Source: an uncultured bacterium | Lineage (GTDB): Bacteria > Patescibacteriota > Minisyncoccia > UBA6257 > 2-01-FULL-56-20 | Assembly (NCBI GenBank): GCA_963705915.1 | Contig: OY970126.1 | Coordinates: 687,893-751,892, forward strand | DNA length: 64,000 nt | Direction: 5' to 3' | Shown here: positions 1 to 8,127 of the stretch, one piece after another | How the letters are laid out: every line of letters begins with the position of its first letter | Numbering within the stretch: position 1 is the stretch's first letter | The notes under the pieces: model-generated | What the model was told of the DNA's origin: nothing | Seen by the model: only the letters and a program-made list of their open reading frames with translations | Database searches by the model: none | Position numbers and translations under genes: made by a program

Positions 1-435
1 ATTGCCGCGCGCCCCGAGCCTTCGGCTTATTTCCCGGCACCGCGCCTCATCTGCGTTTTGAGTTCTGCAGGCGGCGGCCGCGACCGTTGGAAGCGGCCCG
101 CGATGGGCGAGGTTGCAAATCAATATTGCGATGAAATTATTTTGACCGACGAAGACCCGTATGATGAAAATCCTGCAAAGATTATTGACGAGATCGAAGC
201 GGGGATCGTGCACGCGAATCCCGATCGTCCGCCGGTACAAAAAATTATGGACCGCCGCGCCGCGATCCGCGCCGCGGTGAACGCGATGCGCGAGGGCGAC
301 GTCGTGATCGGCACGGGCAAAGGCAGCGAAGAATTCATTCATCTCGCCCGCGGCAGAAAAACCCCTTGGAGCGAACGGACGATGTTCGAAGAAGCACTGA
401 GGAATAAATTTGAAAATGAAATGGCCTCGTCGTGA
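1..435 (+). CDS. Mur ligase family C-terminal domain protein (MurE/MurF-like); 5'-truncated at window edge
   Basis: ORF is open to position 1; motif ...DRRAAIRAAVNAMREGDVVIGTGKGSEE... matches the Mur ligase C-terminal domain. Confidence 0.55.
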   Translation: MAARPEPSAYFPAPRLICVLSSAGGGRDRWKRPAMGEVANQYCDEIILTDEDPYDENPAKIIDEIEAGIVHANPDRPPVQKIMDRRAAIRAAVNAMREGDVVIGTGKGSEEFIHLARGRKTPWSERTMFEEALRNKFENEMASS

Positions 436-446
436 GACGAGGCCAT
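421..446 (+). terminator. perfect 11-bp hairpin (atggcctcgtc/gacgaggccat) with the TGA stop in its loop; no T-tract
   Basis: inverted repeat read directly; lacks a U-run, so terminator function is uncertain. Confidence 0.3.
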
Positions 447-458
447 GTTGTAGGGGCT

Positions 459-710
459 CTATGCGATGGGTTCGTCGGCGAAGGCGTCGGCGATAAGCTC
501 CGGAGGAATTTCATCCGAGTGGCTGTTCGCCCATGCACGCACTTCTGCCCGCGCCCATTTCCTTTCATCGGGTTTCAGATTCTTACGACGCGCGTATGCT
601 ACCAATGTGCCAATCATGAGTCTGATGGTGGCAGGGTCTTGTGGCTGTTCTTGGCGACCCAGTCCCGTCGGTTGAACGAAGTTCGGGAACGACGACATCG
701 ATGCAGACAT
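459..710 (-). CDS. hypothetical small protein (83 aa)
   Basis: ORF track only; convergent with the upstream gene, divergent from the beta-CASP gene. Confidence 0.25.
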   Translation of the reverse strand: MSASMSSFPNFVQPTGLGRQEQPQDPATIRLMIGTLVAYARRKNLKPDERKWARAEVRAWANSHSDEIPPELIADAFADEPIA

Positions 711-795
711 TTGCTAACCTGGGAAGTGAATTTGACAACTCGTTTGAGGTTAACAAAGTTTGTTTTAGAGTGCAAGCCGCTCTATAATAAGGCCT

Positions 796-2142
796 ATGAA
801 GCTTACTTTTTGCGGCGGCGTGGGCGAAGCGACCGGCGCGAACTATATTCTCGAATCTGGCAAGACGAAAGTTATGGTTGATTGCGGCCTCCATCAAGGC
901 AGCCACTATGCCGAACGCGAGAACTTTGATCCGTTTCCCTATGATCCGCAGAGTATTGATGCGGTATTTATCACGCACTCCCATCTCGACCACATCGGCC
1001 GGCTGCCGAGTCTTGTAAAAGCCGGGTTCAAGGGCGTCGTCTATTCAACGACGGCCACGCGCGACGTTGCTGAGCTCATGTTGCTCGACTCGGAGCATTT
1101 GCTCTCAAAAGAAGCTGAACGTGAAAAGCGTCCGGTGCTTTACGACGATAAAGATATTGAACGCGTGATGGCTCAGTGGCGTGGCCTTGATTATCACGAG
1201 CAGGTTACGGTTGGAGATTTCACCGCCGATCTTTTCGACGCTGGCCACATCCTCGGTTCGGCGATTGTGCGCTTGCAAGCAGAAGGGAAGACTATTGTGT
1301 TCTCTGGCGATCTTGGCAACACGCCGGCACCGATTATTCAGCCAACCGAAACACTCAAAGAAGCTGACTACTGTCTCATCGAATCAACCTACGGAGACCG
1401 AGTCCATGCGAACGTCGATGATCGTCGCGAGATGCTCGAAGACGCGGTTGAAGACACGGTGAAGGCCGGCGGCGTTCTCATGATCCCGACGTTCGCCATG
1501 GAGCGCACGCAAGAATTGCTTTATCACCTCCATCAATTGTTCCAAGAAGGCCGCATTCCGAGGGTTCCGGTTTTTATCGACAGCCCGCTCGCGATCAAAC
1601 TCACGGCGGTATACAAAAAGCACGAAAGCTACTTCAACCCAGTCACACGTCATATCGCGGCCAAAGGGGACGACATTTTGAATTTCCCGGGACTTCGCCT
1701 CACGCTCACCACGGAGCAATCAAAAGAGATTAACGACGTTCCACCGCCAAAAATTATCATCGCCGGTTCCGGCATGTCGAACGGCGGCCGCATTCTACAT
1801 CATGAATCGCGATATCTTTCCGATCCAAAGAGCGAGATTATCTTCGTTGGCTATCAGGCGCAAGGTTCACTCGGACGCGAGATCCTCGACGGGGCAAAGG
1901 AGGTGAAGATTTTTGGCGAGACCGTTCCTGTGCGGTGCCGCATGGTAAACATCCCGGGGTATTCCGCGCATGCCGACCAGCCGCGTTTGCTCGCATGGCT
2001 CGAGCCGATGAGGCGGACGCTCAAAAAAGTTTTCGTGGTGCAAGGGGAGCAGCAATCGAGCGAAGTCCTGGCTCACAAAATCGTGGACGGCCTCGCCGTA
2101 TCCGCCGAAGTTCCAAAACCGGGAGAGAGCGTGACGCTCTGA
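796..2142 (+). CDS. beta-CASP family MBL-fold ribonuclease (RNA-metabolising metallo-beta-lactamase)
   Basis: HSHLDHIG metal-binding motif, N-terminal MBL fold, ~450 aa typical of bacterial beta-CASP RNases. Confidence 0.85.
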   Translation: MKLTFCGGVGEATGANYILESGKTKVMVDCGLHQGSHYAERENFDPFPYDPQSIDAVFITHSHLDHIGRLPSLVKAGFKGVVYSTTATRDVAELMLLDSEHLLSKEAEREKRPVLYDDKDIERVMAQWRGLDYHEQVTVGDFTADLFDAGHILGSAIVRLQAEGKTIVFSGDLGNTPAPIIQPTETLKEADYCLIESTYGDRVHANVDDRREMLEDAVEDTVKAGGVLMIPTFAMERTQELLYHLHQLFQEGRIPRVPVFIDSPLAIKLTAVYKKHESYFNPVTRHIAAKGDDILNFPGLRLTLTTEQSKEINDVPPPKIIIAGSGMSNGGRILHHESRYLSDPKSEIIFVGYQAQGSLGREILDGAKEVKIFGETVPVRCRMVNIPGYSAHADQPRLLAWLEPMRRTLKKVFVVQGEQQSSEVLAHKIVDGLAVSAEVPKPGESVTL

Positions 2143-2160
2143 CATGGTATTATTAGCTAT

Positions 2161-2832
2161 ATGGCCATCTCAAAAAAGAGTTCGAAGCCGGCGGCCGTAA
2201 ACGATCCGCTCAAAACAATAGAAGAGCTCTCATCGAGTTACCTTAAATACAAGATTTGTGTTTCGGGATCGGCTGAAACCGAATTCTGCCCGCCGGGAAC
2301 CGTGGAAAAAGCGATGGAAATTGGAGCACTCATCGCCGTGCGAGGCATGATCCTCGTGACTGGTGCCACGACGGGGATTCCGTATTGGGCGGCGAAGGGC
2401 GCCAAGGAAGCCGGTGGTATCGTGATCGGCCTTTCACCGGCCGCCTCTAAAGCGGCACACGTGAAAACGTATCGTTTGCCCGTCGATTATCACGACCTCA
2501 TCATTTATACCGGTTTTGATTATTCTGGCCGCAACTTGCTTCTCACCCGTTCAGCCGATGCCATCATTACCATCTATGGTCGCATTGGCACCTTGAACGA
2601 ATTCACGATTGCTTTTGAAGATAAGAAACCTCAGGGCGTTCTCACGGGCACTGGTGGCGCGAGCGATGAATTGCTTGATATCTTGAAGGTTGCCCACCGT
2701 GGCATGGGGAAGGTGATATTCGATGCAGATCCAAAATCGTTAATAAGCAAGGTCGTTGCAATGATTGAAGCAGAAGAAAAAGAAGCTGATCCTGCCGACT
2801 TTCCAATTGCGGAACATCGGATACGGGGCTAG
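2161..2832 (+). CDS. LOG/SLOG-type Rossmann-fold protein (TIGR00725-like)
   Basis: VTGATTGIPYWAAKGAKEAGGIVIGLSP and GRIGTLNE motifs resemble the LOG/TIGR00725 family. Confidence 0.55.
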   Translation: MAISKKSSKPAAVNDPLKTIEELSSSYLKYKICVSGSAETEFCPPGTVEKAMEIGALIAVRGMILVTGATTGIPYWAAKGAKEAGGIVIGLSPAASKAAHVKTYRLPVDYHDLIIYTGFDYSGRNLLLTRSADAIITIYGRIGTLNEFTIAFEDKKPQGVLTGTGGASDELLDILKVAHRGMGKVIFDADPKSLISKVVAMIEAEEKEADPADFPIAEHRIRG

Positions 2833-2852
2833 CCAGGCCGCGTAGATCTATT

Positions 2853-3236
2853 ATGAAAAAACGACCATTAAAAAAATCTAAAAAAACAGTGCGGAGAGGA
2901 AAGCCCGCAAAGCGCTCCGCAAAAAAGAAAGCTTCGAAAAAGCGTTCTCCGAAAAAGACCGGCTCTTCGCGGGGAGGTTCCATGGTTTTCGGCAAGCCAG
3001 TGGGCATTGTGACCCATTATTTCACGGAGATCAGCGTTGCGATCGTGAAATTCAACAAAAAGATTCCGGCCGGATCGAAGCTCCATTATAAAGGAGCGAC
3101 CACGGATTTTATGGACACCGCGAAATCGATGCAGTACGACCACAATGAAATTAAAGCGGCACCAAAAGGAAAGCAGGTCGGTATCAAAGTAAAGAAGCGC
3201 GTGCGCGAAGGGGATCGCGTGCACCATGTCGGATAA
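2853..3236 (+). CDS. hypothetical protein with lysine-rich (histone H1-like) N-terminal tail and small translation-factor-domain-2-like beta-barrel
   Basis: first ~40 aa are K/R/S/P-rich; C-terminal GKPVGIVTHYF...VGIKVKKRVREGDRV pattern resembles EF-Tu/IF2 domain II. Confidence 0.5.
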   Translation: MKKRPLKKSKKTVRRGKPAKRSAKKKASKKRSPKKTGSSRGGSMVFGKPVGIVTHYFTEISVAIVKFNKKIPAGSKLHYKGATTDFMDTAKSMQYDHNEIKAAPKGKQVGIKVKKRVREGDRVHHVG

Positions 3237-4338
3237 TTTTGAAATCGCGGGGATCGTTGCCGCCGCGACGGTAGGCGACGGCGTCTTTGCCCTTCCTTAC
3301 GTTTTCTATAACGCTGGCTGGCTCACCGGTATTTTTTATTTGTTGATTCTTGCGGGATTTGTGATTACGGCCCATGTTGTCTATCTGAAAGTACTTGAAT
3401 CTGAAGGTGAAAAGCAAAGACTGTTCGGGCTCGCAGAAAAATACTTCGGAAAAACCGGGTTTTGGGTTGGTTTTCTCGCAATCGTGATCGGGCTGTTGCT
3501 CACACTTGTTGCCTACCTCATTTTAGGAACGCAATTTATCCATCTCGCATTGCCCGGCGTGCCGCTCGATTACGGTTTTGTTGTGTTTTGGCTCATCATT
3601 TCCATCGTTGCGCTTTCAAATGACAAAGAAATCCGCGAACTCGAACTCGTCGGTATCGGTTGCACGTCGCTCATTATCATCATTATTTTTGCTTCAGCGT
3701 GGCCGAATATTTTTTTCAATGGTGTGCCCGCAGTGCATTGGCAAAATCTTTTCCTACCATTCGGTGCCGTTCTTTTTTCGCTTGCCGGATGGACGAGCAT
3801 CGAACCGGCGTATGAAGCCCGCAAAGGTTCCTCAAAGCGGAAACGCTCGCCCTGGAAGGCGCTCGCGATAGGCACACTTTTCGCCGCACTTCTCTATGCG
3901 ATGTTTGCATCGGGAATTCTCGGTTCCACGTCGTCTTCCATGATCACGCCCGACACCGCATCGGGGCTCGCCGCGTGGCCGTTCTGGAAAAAAGATTTGC
4001 TCGCAGCGCTCGGTCTCCTTGCGGTCGCAACGGTCTATCTCCCGATTTCGCGGGAAATAAAAAATGCGCTGGAAAAAGATTTGAAATGGCCGCGCGGTTC
4101 GTCACGCCCGCTCGTCGTGCTCGTGCCGCCCGCGCTTATTCTCCTCGGCGTCAATAACTTTTTGGCAGTCGTCGGCCTCGTCGGCGGCGTATTCCTCAGT
4201 CTGCAATACCTTCTCATCATTTCCGTCGGCCGCCGCGCGCTCAAATTGAAAACTGGTGTAAACGTTGCGCTCGACATCATCGCCATCGTTTTCATCGTCG
4301 CTGCAGTTTACTCGGTGTGGCAGTTCATAGTAAGATAG
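3226..4338 (+). CDS. amino acid permease-like polytopic membrane protein (Trp/Tyr-permease / AAAP-like)
   Basis: about 11 hydrophobic helices; N-terminal IAGIVAAATVGDGVFALPYVF resembles amino-acid transporter signature; overlaps previous gene by 11 nt. Confidence 0.55.
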   Translation: MSDNFEIAGIVAAATVGDGVFALPYVFYNAGWLTGIFYLLILAGFVITAHVVYLKVLESEGEKQRLFGLAEKYFGKTGFWVGFLAIVIGLLLTLVAYLILGTQFIHLALPGVPLDYGFVVFWLIISIVALSNDKEIRELELVGIGCTSLIIIIIFASAWPNIFFNGVPAVHWQNLFLPFGAVLFSLAGWTSIEPAYEARKGSSKRKRSPWKALAIGTLFAALLYAMFASGILGSTSSSMITPDTASGLAAWPFWKKDLLAALGLLAVATVYLPISREIKNALEKDLKWPRGSSRPLVVLVPPALILLGVNNFLAVVGLVGGVFLSLQYLLIISVGRRALKLKTGVNVALDIIAIVFIVAAVYSVWQFIVR

Positions 4339-4379
4339 CGCCATAGCCAGCCGGAGTTATAAAAACTACGGCTGGACGA

Positions 4380-4451
4380 GCCCTCGTAGTTCAACGGATA
4401 GGACATCTCCCTCCGAAGGAGAAGATCGAGGTTCAATTCCTCGCGAGGGCA
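4380..4451 (+). tRNA. tRNA-Arg (anticodon CCG)
   Basis: manual cloverleaf: acceptor GCCCTCG/CGAGGGC, anticodon stem TCTCC/GGAGA with loop CTCCGAA, T-arm CGAGG-TTCAATT-CCTCG, discriminator A; a hairpin precedes it at ~4347-4376. Confidence 0.8.
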
Positions 4452-4465
4452 CAAAAGTTTCCGCC

Positions 4466-6573
4466 TTATTGTATCTTTATCTCATCGAACTGGACGTAGC
4501 CGGGGAATTGGATCGTCGTCGTATTTAATATCCCGACGCCGAGATTGAAAAACATATTGCTCGTGTCGCTCCATGAGACGGTTGTGCTCGCGAATTGCGT
4601 GAAGTTCACGCCGTCAGAAGAATACAAATATGAGAACACGCCTCCGGTATCGCTTATCTTCCAATATAACGTGGTAGTGGGGGAATACGGTATGCTGTTT
4701 GCAACGACGATGCCGGCACCTTCTTGGTACGTTGCGTAGAGCGAGCCCGAATACGGATAGAGCGAAACATTATGCGCGTTGTCAGTGCCGACTTCCATAT
4801 ACGGATAGGTTGCATTCGTGCCGGGCGAAATCGTCATTTGTGCGCGTACTGAAAGTGAATGGCCTCGGAAACTGTTTGACGGAGCGTTTGTCAAAAATCC
4901 ATTGATACTGCCGGGATTGAGCGACGTATAACTGCCCGGCGGCGTTATGGTAAGCACTTGCCCCGCTTGCATCGCTGCAATGTTCTTGTCTGTTCCGTTG
5001 CTTGCTTCCTGGATTTGTCCTTCCCACCAGGTTGTATTCGCAAGGTCGGTCGCGTGTTGTTGGATGGGATTCAAAACGACCGACATCGCTCCGCTCGTGA
5101 GCGGCGTCGGCGGCGCGAGCGTGGTCGTAGGCGGACGCATATAATAGTTGATCACGCCGTAAATGAGGTTGTTCGGGTCGTTTATGTCGTCGAGCGTGCT
5201 GTACCAGCTTGTTTGGTCATGCTCGATATCGATCATGAGATTTACTGAACCACCCACCGTGCTGCTTATGGGTGCGACGGGATAGACCGTTGCTTCAATG
5301 TCGGCGTCGCCGTAAATCATGTGGCCGGAAGGACTGCTTCCACCGCCAGGCCAGACGCTTGCGCTGTCGTTGCCAATGAGAAGTCCGTATTCTTCGTAGC
5401 CTAATTTCACATCAGAAAGGAAGGCGTGGTCGTAGGCTTCGAGGCCGTGATAGTAACCCCATATTCCAAGATCAACGGCGTTTGACTGGTTGTAATTTCC
5501 AACGAAAGGCATCCTATAGCCGATGCCGTTTGCGTGCGTTGGGGCCGATGGCGGGATGCCGCCGGTATCAATGATGGAGTCTTCCACGGTGCAACCGCCG
5601 ATGTAGCCGCAGTCGACGGCGATGATGTTCGGGTTTTGCGGCGTACGGATTGTGAGGTTCTGCCAGGTCGCATAGATGTTCGTGAATGCCGTGCTCGCGC
5701 TGCCGTTGCCGTTGCTGCCGCTGCCCCCAAAGAAGCTGCCGGAATCTTCTTGAGTTTGGATGATGGCATCCGAACCCGCAGAGCCGCTCCAGTTAAGGGC
5801 TGCCGGCTGCGTTCCTTCGAAAACGATTGAAGGCCATGGGTTTACGAAAAGGCTGCTCGTGCCGCCGTCGACCGTCGGGAGTTTGATGATCGAGCTGTTG
5901 CCGCCGCATTCGCCTGCAAAGGACCGTTCACGTTATATACGCCGCTCGGGAATATAATTGCGCCGCCGGTCACCGAAAGTGCGTTGACAGCCGATTGAAT
6001 TGCGTTTGTCTCGTCGTGCTGGACGGCCGTGCCGTTTGATACACCGGTACTCACAGCGGGCGAGACGGTCAGCGTGTTACCGTTCACTGCCGTGACCGTA
6101 CCGATATAATTTGCGCCAGATGTTCCGGCGCCGGCAATATAAATGCCTTCATTAGCGGAGAAGCTGCTGCCGTCCGCAACAACAACTGTCGTTGTTCCGG
6201 ATGAAAGCGAGCCGCTCACCGTTGTCGTGGTTGCAGAGCCAGAAGCATAATAAGGAGCGGCTGTGACGTCGATCGTGTGCGCTGGTGCCGCTGCGGAGGA
6301 TTGCGTCGTCCCGTCCGCGAACGTGATCGTGCCGCTCACCGATAGTGATCCCGGGAATGTCACGGGTTCGCCGGTTCTGCCGATTGTGACAGCGGTCGCG
6401 CTCGCATTGCCGATATAGATCGTGCGCGCGCCATCAATTGTGATATTGGAATCGCTCGTGATACCATTCGCATTGAAAATGATCGCCGCCATGGCAACGG
6501 AAACACCAACGGTGAGGAGGGTGATGGTTGCAGAAACAAGAAATGTTCTAAGTTTTCTCGAACGAAGATTCAT
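4466..6573 (-). pseudogene. secreted pectate-lyase-fold (right-handed beta-helix) protein, ~700 aa, interrupted by one frameshift near 5915-5925
   Basis: ORF 5842..6573 (signal peptide, SAVNALSVTGGAIIFPSGVYNVNGPL motif) continues in another frame through ...IIKLPTVDGG... into ORF 4466..5587; the shift is at a ccttt/gg run. Confidence 0.55.
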
Positions 6574-6650
6574 GTGAGCGTCGCTTGATAATATCCATCA
6601 GTTTATCATATCCGGCGCGAGCGCCAAAACTTTTACGTTATACTATTCAC

Positions 6651-7289
6651 ATGGACAAAGCCGCCGAACTCAAAAAACTGGAGCAAGAAATCGCCGCGCG
6701 GCGTGACTTGCCGCTCATGGAATCGAACCTCGTGTTTGGCGAAGGCAACATTGATTGCAAGGTGATGTTTATCGGCGAGGCGCCGGGGGCAACCGAGGAC
6801 CGGCTCAAGCGACCGTTTGTTGGCCGCGGCGGACAGCTGCTCGACAAAATGATTACGGAAATTGGATGGAAGCGGGCGGATGTTTATATCTCGAACATCG
6901 TAAAGCGCCGACCGCCGGAGAACCGCGATCCGTTGCCAAGCGAAATAGAAGCCTATAAACCGTATCTCACGAGGCAAATCGCGATTATCAATCCAAAAGT
7001 TATCGTTCCTCTCGGCCGATTTTCGATGAATTATTTTTTGCCCGATGCGAAAATTAGTCGCGATCACGGAAGAGTTCTCCAAATTGATGGCCGGCTTGTG
7101 TATCCTGTTTACCATCCGGCCGCGGCGCTCCGTTCAACGGGGATGATGGATGTGTTCCGGGAGGACCTCAAAAAATTGCCGAAAGTGTTGTCGGGCGAAC
7201 TCACCGTCGAGCTGCCGGCGGCGATATCATTGCCCGAAGCAATGGCGAAGCCAAAGAAAGAAAAACCAAAGCAGTCAGGGTTGTTTTAA
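6651..7289 (+). CDS. uracil-DNA glycosylase, family 4
   Basis: GEAPGATEDRLKRPFVGRGGQLL motif and C-terminal HPAAALR; start placed at MDKAAELKK rather than the ORF-track start. Confidence 0.8.
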   Translation: MDKAAELKKLEQEIAARRDLPLMESNLVFGEGNIDCKVMFIGEAPGATEDRLKRPFVGRGGQLLDKMITEIGWKRADVYISNIVKRRPPENRDPLPSEIEAYKPYLTRQIAIINPKVIVPLGRFSMNYFLPDAKISRDHGRVLQIDGRLVYPVYHPAAALRSTGMMDVFREDLKKLPKVLSGELTVELPAAISLPEAMAKPKKEKPKQSGLF

Positions 7290-7318
7290 GAGCGATAATG
7301 GATAAAAGAAAAGCCGGA

Positions 7319-7696
7319 TCATAACGATCCGGCTGATGCCGATGCTGTTGTTGCCGAAAGTAGCTTAAGCGCATCGTCTTCTGTGCCGGCGATTTTTATG
7401 ACGCGATCCAGTTCTTTCTCCACGAGGACTTCGCGGATTTCTGGAGTCGGCTCGCAAATGACGAAATCAGCGCCGATGCTTCGTACTCGGACAAATGTTG
7501 CCACGAGTTCTCCGACGCCAGACGCGTCAATCTCGTTCACCCTGCGGAAATCCAGAATCAACTTCCGGACTTTTGGGTTTATCCCTTCGTTCACGGCATC
7601 CCAGAACGACCGTTTGCCTGGTTCTTCGGTGGTCATCTGTCCGGCGAACTTCAAGATAGCGACATCATCCCTATAGCGCGTACTTACCAAAAGCAT
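7319..7696 (-). CDS. STAS-domain anti-sigma-factor antagonist (SpoIIAA-like)
   Basis: about 125 aa STAS fold pattern; AGGAGG RBS 7 nt upstream of the internal ATG at 7696. Confidence 0.7.
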   Translation of the reverse strand: MLLVSTRYRDDVAILKFAGQMTTEEPGKRSFWDAVNEGINPKVRKLILDFRRVNEIDASGVGELVATFVRVRSIGADFVICEPTPEIREVLVEKELDRVIKIAGTEDDALKLLSATTASASAGSL

Positions 7697-7779
7697 GACG
7701 CACCTCCTGCGGAGATTATACCTATTCGCCTCTCCGAAAGGCAAGATAACGCGGGTTCGCCGTGCTATTATAAGAGCAA

Positions 7780-8127
7780 ATGGATTTTTCCCTGGTCTAT
7801 CTTGTCCAACGTTTTTTCTATCGATTCATCGATTTCTTTCATCATTGGTACGTGGATGGCTCGCGGGTTTTTGCCCATAAATTTATATCGGCGCTCGAGG
7901 CAGCGGACCGCACGTTTGCGGTCAAAGTCACGGCGCAACATTTTTTTGAGCCGCTCTATAAAGATTATTCCGCGATTGGAAGGGTTGTTGGCGTTCCATT
8001 TCGTGCGGGCAGAATCGTGATCGGCGGCATCGCATACCTTATTTTCGCACTCTTATTCGCCGCCGCCTACCTCGCCTGGCTGGCAATCCCTGCGGTCATC
8101 ATTTACTATGCCGCAAAAAGTCTCTAG
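7780..8127 (+). CDS. small membrane protein, hypothetical
   Basis: ORF with C-terminal hydrophobic helices; overlaps the Clp gene start by 20 nt. Confidence 0.4.
   Translation: MDFSLVYLVQRFFYRFIDFFHHWYVDGSRVFAHKFISALEAADRTFAVKVTAQHFFEPLYKDYSAIGRVVGVPFRAGRIVIGGIAYLIFALLFAAAYLAWLAIPAVIIYYAAKSL

Noticed and set aside
5407-5769. 120-aa minus-strand ORF rich in Ala/Thr/Ser/Arg
   Set aside because: It is the wrong-frame reading of the frameshifted beta-helix gene. The third frame gives the sensible continuation.
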